DNA of 63,999 nucleotides, the filler included, from Albugo candida (taxonomy: Eukaryota): the NCBI GenBank assembly GCA_040437565.1. It is 37 parts of 37 records of this genome, joined end to end, with 100 filler letters (N's around TTAATTAATTAA, not from the genome) between each part and the next. Parts side by side here need not be neighbours in the genome. Positions count along the whole stretch, not along the records: positions 60,811 to 62,367 come from JBDOQK010000470.1; positions 62,468 to 63,999 come from JBDOQK010000476.1; 35 more parts are not named here. The stretch is one strand, 5' to 3'. Numbering within the stretch: the first letter of the stretch is position 1; each line of letters opens with the position of its first letter. The position numbers and the translations under genes were made by a program. The notes beneath the pieces were generated by a model. That model saw nothing but the letters and a program-made list of their open reading frames with translations. It was not told the origin of the DNA and did not search any database. Positions 60,811-63,999 of this stretch are shown here, piece by piece.

Positions 60811-62367
60811 TATGCTTTAACATGTAGAATTAATAATTATATCATTATATGCTTTTATTTACCACCTTCATTATCACCAACAGAATTTATGGAACAAATT
60901 AATATAGAATTAGATAAACATGATCCTACTAACAATAATATTATCCTTTGTGGTGATTTTAATGTTAGAATGGGAACATATTTAAATGATAAAAATGTAT
61001 ATAATATTAGATATTTACCTTTTAAGAATTTTATTTCTGAAAAAGGTTTAACATTATGGAACAAAGAATTAGCTTATGGAATACCAACTTATTTAAGAGG
61101 ATCAGCAAACAATGATACAGAATATTCTAGTATTATTGATTTTTTCCTCAGTAATAATAGTATTATGAACCCATATATGGAAATTAACAATGAAGCTTCA
61201 CTTGGATCGGATCACAAACCAGTGTTTTTTTCATTTATACATTCATTACCACCCCCACCACTCGTTACACTTCACCCTAGAAAATTATGGAACATACAAA
61301 AATTTAAATATAAAACAGAAAAAAATAATAATATGCAGAACCCTATGCAAGAGTTGATCTCTTCAGGTAACAATATAGAACAAAATACATATGAAAACAA
61401 ATATATTATAGATTACAGGAACACTATGTCAGAAAAATTACCAGTTATTGAAAATTTAATAGCTGATATTAATTTGGATGACAATATGCTTAATATAGAA
61501 ATACAGGATAAAATAGATGAAGTAGAAAATTTATTATGTATAGCTATGTATGAATCATTAGATGCAACAGTTAAAAGTAAGGAACCACGCCCCAAAGATT
61601 GGAAATGGTTTTGGACAGAAGAATTGCAATTATTATCACAAAAAAGAGAAAAACTTTATAAAAAATGGAAAAGAGCAGTAGGCATTAATAAATCTGAATT
61701 TTGGAAGGAGCATATGGAAGTAGCAGACCAAGTCAGAAATAAAATAAAATCAGAAAAAAATAGACATTTTAGAAACTTTTGCAACAAATTGAATACTACA
61801 GAATACGCCAAAGCTACAAATAAAATTAAATCAATAAGAAAAGGAAGAGGAGGGTTTATTACATTTCAAAGCATGGCTGGTCCACAAGATGCAGTAGATC
61901 AACTAACAGAAAACTGGAAAAACACATTTAATGGTAACATAAGAAATATAAATATAATAGATAGTACATATGAAAATACACCACCTTCGGGTGGCTATGA
62001 AGAATCCCCTCCCTTTAATGTAAATAGTGTAATGTATGCAATTAATAGGTTACCGAGTAACAAAGCACCAGGTAGTGACCATTTGAAAGCAGAAATGTTC
62101 AAGCCAATTGTAAATATAATAGCACCAATTTTGTATGATATCTTTTCTATATGTTGGAAATTTTCTGTCTTTCCTAAAAGATGGAATACAGCCCAAGTTA
62201 TACCAATATATAAAAAAGGAGACCCACAATCAACAAAAAACTATAGACCTATTAGTCTTATATGTGTTACACGAAAAATATTTGAATTCACATTATACCC
62301 CTATTTACTAGATGACACAATACAATTAGATCCTGTTCAAGGAGGTTTTAGGGAACAAAGAAGCACT
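60811..62367 (+). mobile_element. Non-LTR retrotransposon APE endonuclease and RT start (second LINE family)
   Basis: ILCGDFNVR, PTY..IIDFFL, GSDHKPV, KAPGSDHL, PIYKKGD..NYRPISL, QGGFREQRST. Confidence 0.95.
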
Positions 62368-63999
62368 NNNNNNNNNNNNNNNNNNNNNNNNNNNNNNNNN
62401 NNNNNNNNNNNTTAATTAATTAANNNNNNNNNNNNNNNNNNNNNNNNNNNNNNNNNNNNNNNNNNNNTCACGAGCTTGTCGTTCTAAAGCTATAGTCCGG
62501 CTACAAGTATGGTCACCTGCAGGATCTTTTTTTTGCGGTCTTGAGCCATTTGACCTTCTTATGGTAGCCTCAGAACCTACACGTTAAAAAAAATCTTTCT
62601 GGAAAGGTTTCCCTCTCTTCACCTATGCTGCAAATGATCTTCACTTTCTGATTTGGCGAGATCCGTACGGACAGCTTTTTTGTCGGGACTATTGCGCCAT
62701 CACTATGAACTTTGGGATATTTGGTTCAGAGTTATGTTTTTCCAACATAATACTCTCCATTGGCTTTTCTTATATCTCTAGTCCAGCCTGTTAGTGTGAT
62801 CTAAAAAGATATGCTATGATTTCTGAATACGACTTGCTTTCTCGATGGCTATGCGTCCGAGTTACCTTTAAGGTCCACTTAGAGACAAGCAAACATGATC
62901 CCAAATGAATTAGCTATAGATAGTATGACAAGAGCCTATGCAGGGCAAAGCTCCGGCTGCACCTTACCAAACATTTTTGTGATAGGTAAAGTGTGACCTT
63001 GATCTCCTATTCCCATATGCAGGCAAAACGGTGCGTGCAACATTACCTACGAACGATATAGATATAAAGCTGTGGCTCCTATCAGACAACATTTCGATAA
63101 CGCAATCATTCCAATGTCCACGACGACTCGCGTCGGTATCAAACCCCTTTGGAGCCAAAATGAAGATACTTTAAGGTACACATATAGCGTCTACAATACG
63201 TGTTGGCGTGATCCAATTACCTATTATTGTACGTGATAGCACTTGTACAAGACAGTAATGCGATATTATGCAGCCGATCGGTCAGCCGTATTATGTATAC
63301 ACGCCGGAAACGATGTTGCGCGGACGTGATTTCGAATCAGGAGCGCATTTTGTGCGAATTGTTTCTGAATCTGATTATTCGACATCTGATTCTAAGACTT
63401 TGTTTTAAAAAAATGTCGCTATGGTACTCCAGCTGCTCCAGTAACAATACGATGTGCGTGAGGAGATTCTTTGTAGCGTCCTTTTTGGTATAGAGATACG
63501 TTACTGGACGTAAAAGACGAATGAATGCGAAGAAGAGCTGATTCAAGCGATCGTTCCATGCCATTCTGAGTCAGACAGTTTTGTGAATTTATGCAGTATG
63601 AAAGGTTATAGAGAATGAATAGGATGGTCGTAGTGGCTTGACTGACTCAGGATGAACCTGTTGGTGTACACTGTCCATCATTTCATACAACATGGAGCAT
63701 CCTCAATTAATCTTTACCAAGTTTTAAATGCTTCACGCTCGTTGCAGCTTCTTTACTTTCACATGATAATGCTCAATAGTAAGTGAGATCACGGATAATG
63801 TGTCAGAGGTCTTATGCCTAGGCTAGTTTGGTCAATTACAACTCGTGTGAGTGTAGCTTAGTAAATATCGCAGAGCATGATGTTGAATCGCTTGCACATT
63901 TTGTTTCAAGATTTCCACAAAATCGAACTCGAGGAGTCACTCATGTGGTAAAAGTGGTCGAGCTGCCTTCAGCGCGCTGTTTGGGCCGTTACAAGTCCT

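Noticed and set aside
62468-63999. Possible multi-exon gene; similarly 24874-26529 and 49021-50618
   Set aside because: No consistent reading frame or motif could be reconstructed by eye.

Overview
This is not a contiguous locus. It is an artificial concatenation of 37 unplaced eukaryotic contigs of about 1.5-1.7 kb, sorted by decreasing length and joined by 100-nt spacers (N44-TTAATTAATTAA-N44). Adjacency across spacers therefore has no biological meaning. The contigs appear to come from at least two organisms: AT-rich Mucorales-type fungal sequence, and oomycete-type sequence (copia and gypsy elements, myosin, a metallophosphoesterase with 52-60 nt introns, a tRNA repeat with an oomycete-like LSU fragment). 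Most contigs are transposon fragments: Ty3/gypsy, copia, LINEs, Helitron, CMC/Plavaka-like, MULE, Harbinger, hAT and KDZ. Host-type genes are few (thaumatin-like protein, myosin, metallophosphoesterase). The strongest leads are: (1) two LTR retrotransposons whose tRNA primer site is replaced by T7 plus a sequence complementary to their own predicted polyadenylation site, suggesting self-priming by the poly(A) end; (2) a candidate ~110-nt Pol III ncRNA with a duplicated hairpin motif; (3) a conserved unknown domain fused after a gypsy integrase; (4) a 1522-bp tRNA/28S-fragment repeat unit; (5) a diverged ~94-bp array. All family assignments come from motifs read by eye; no searches were run.
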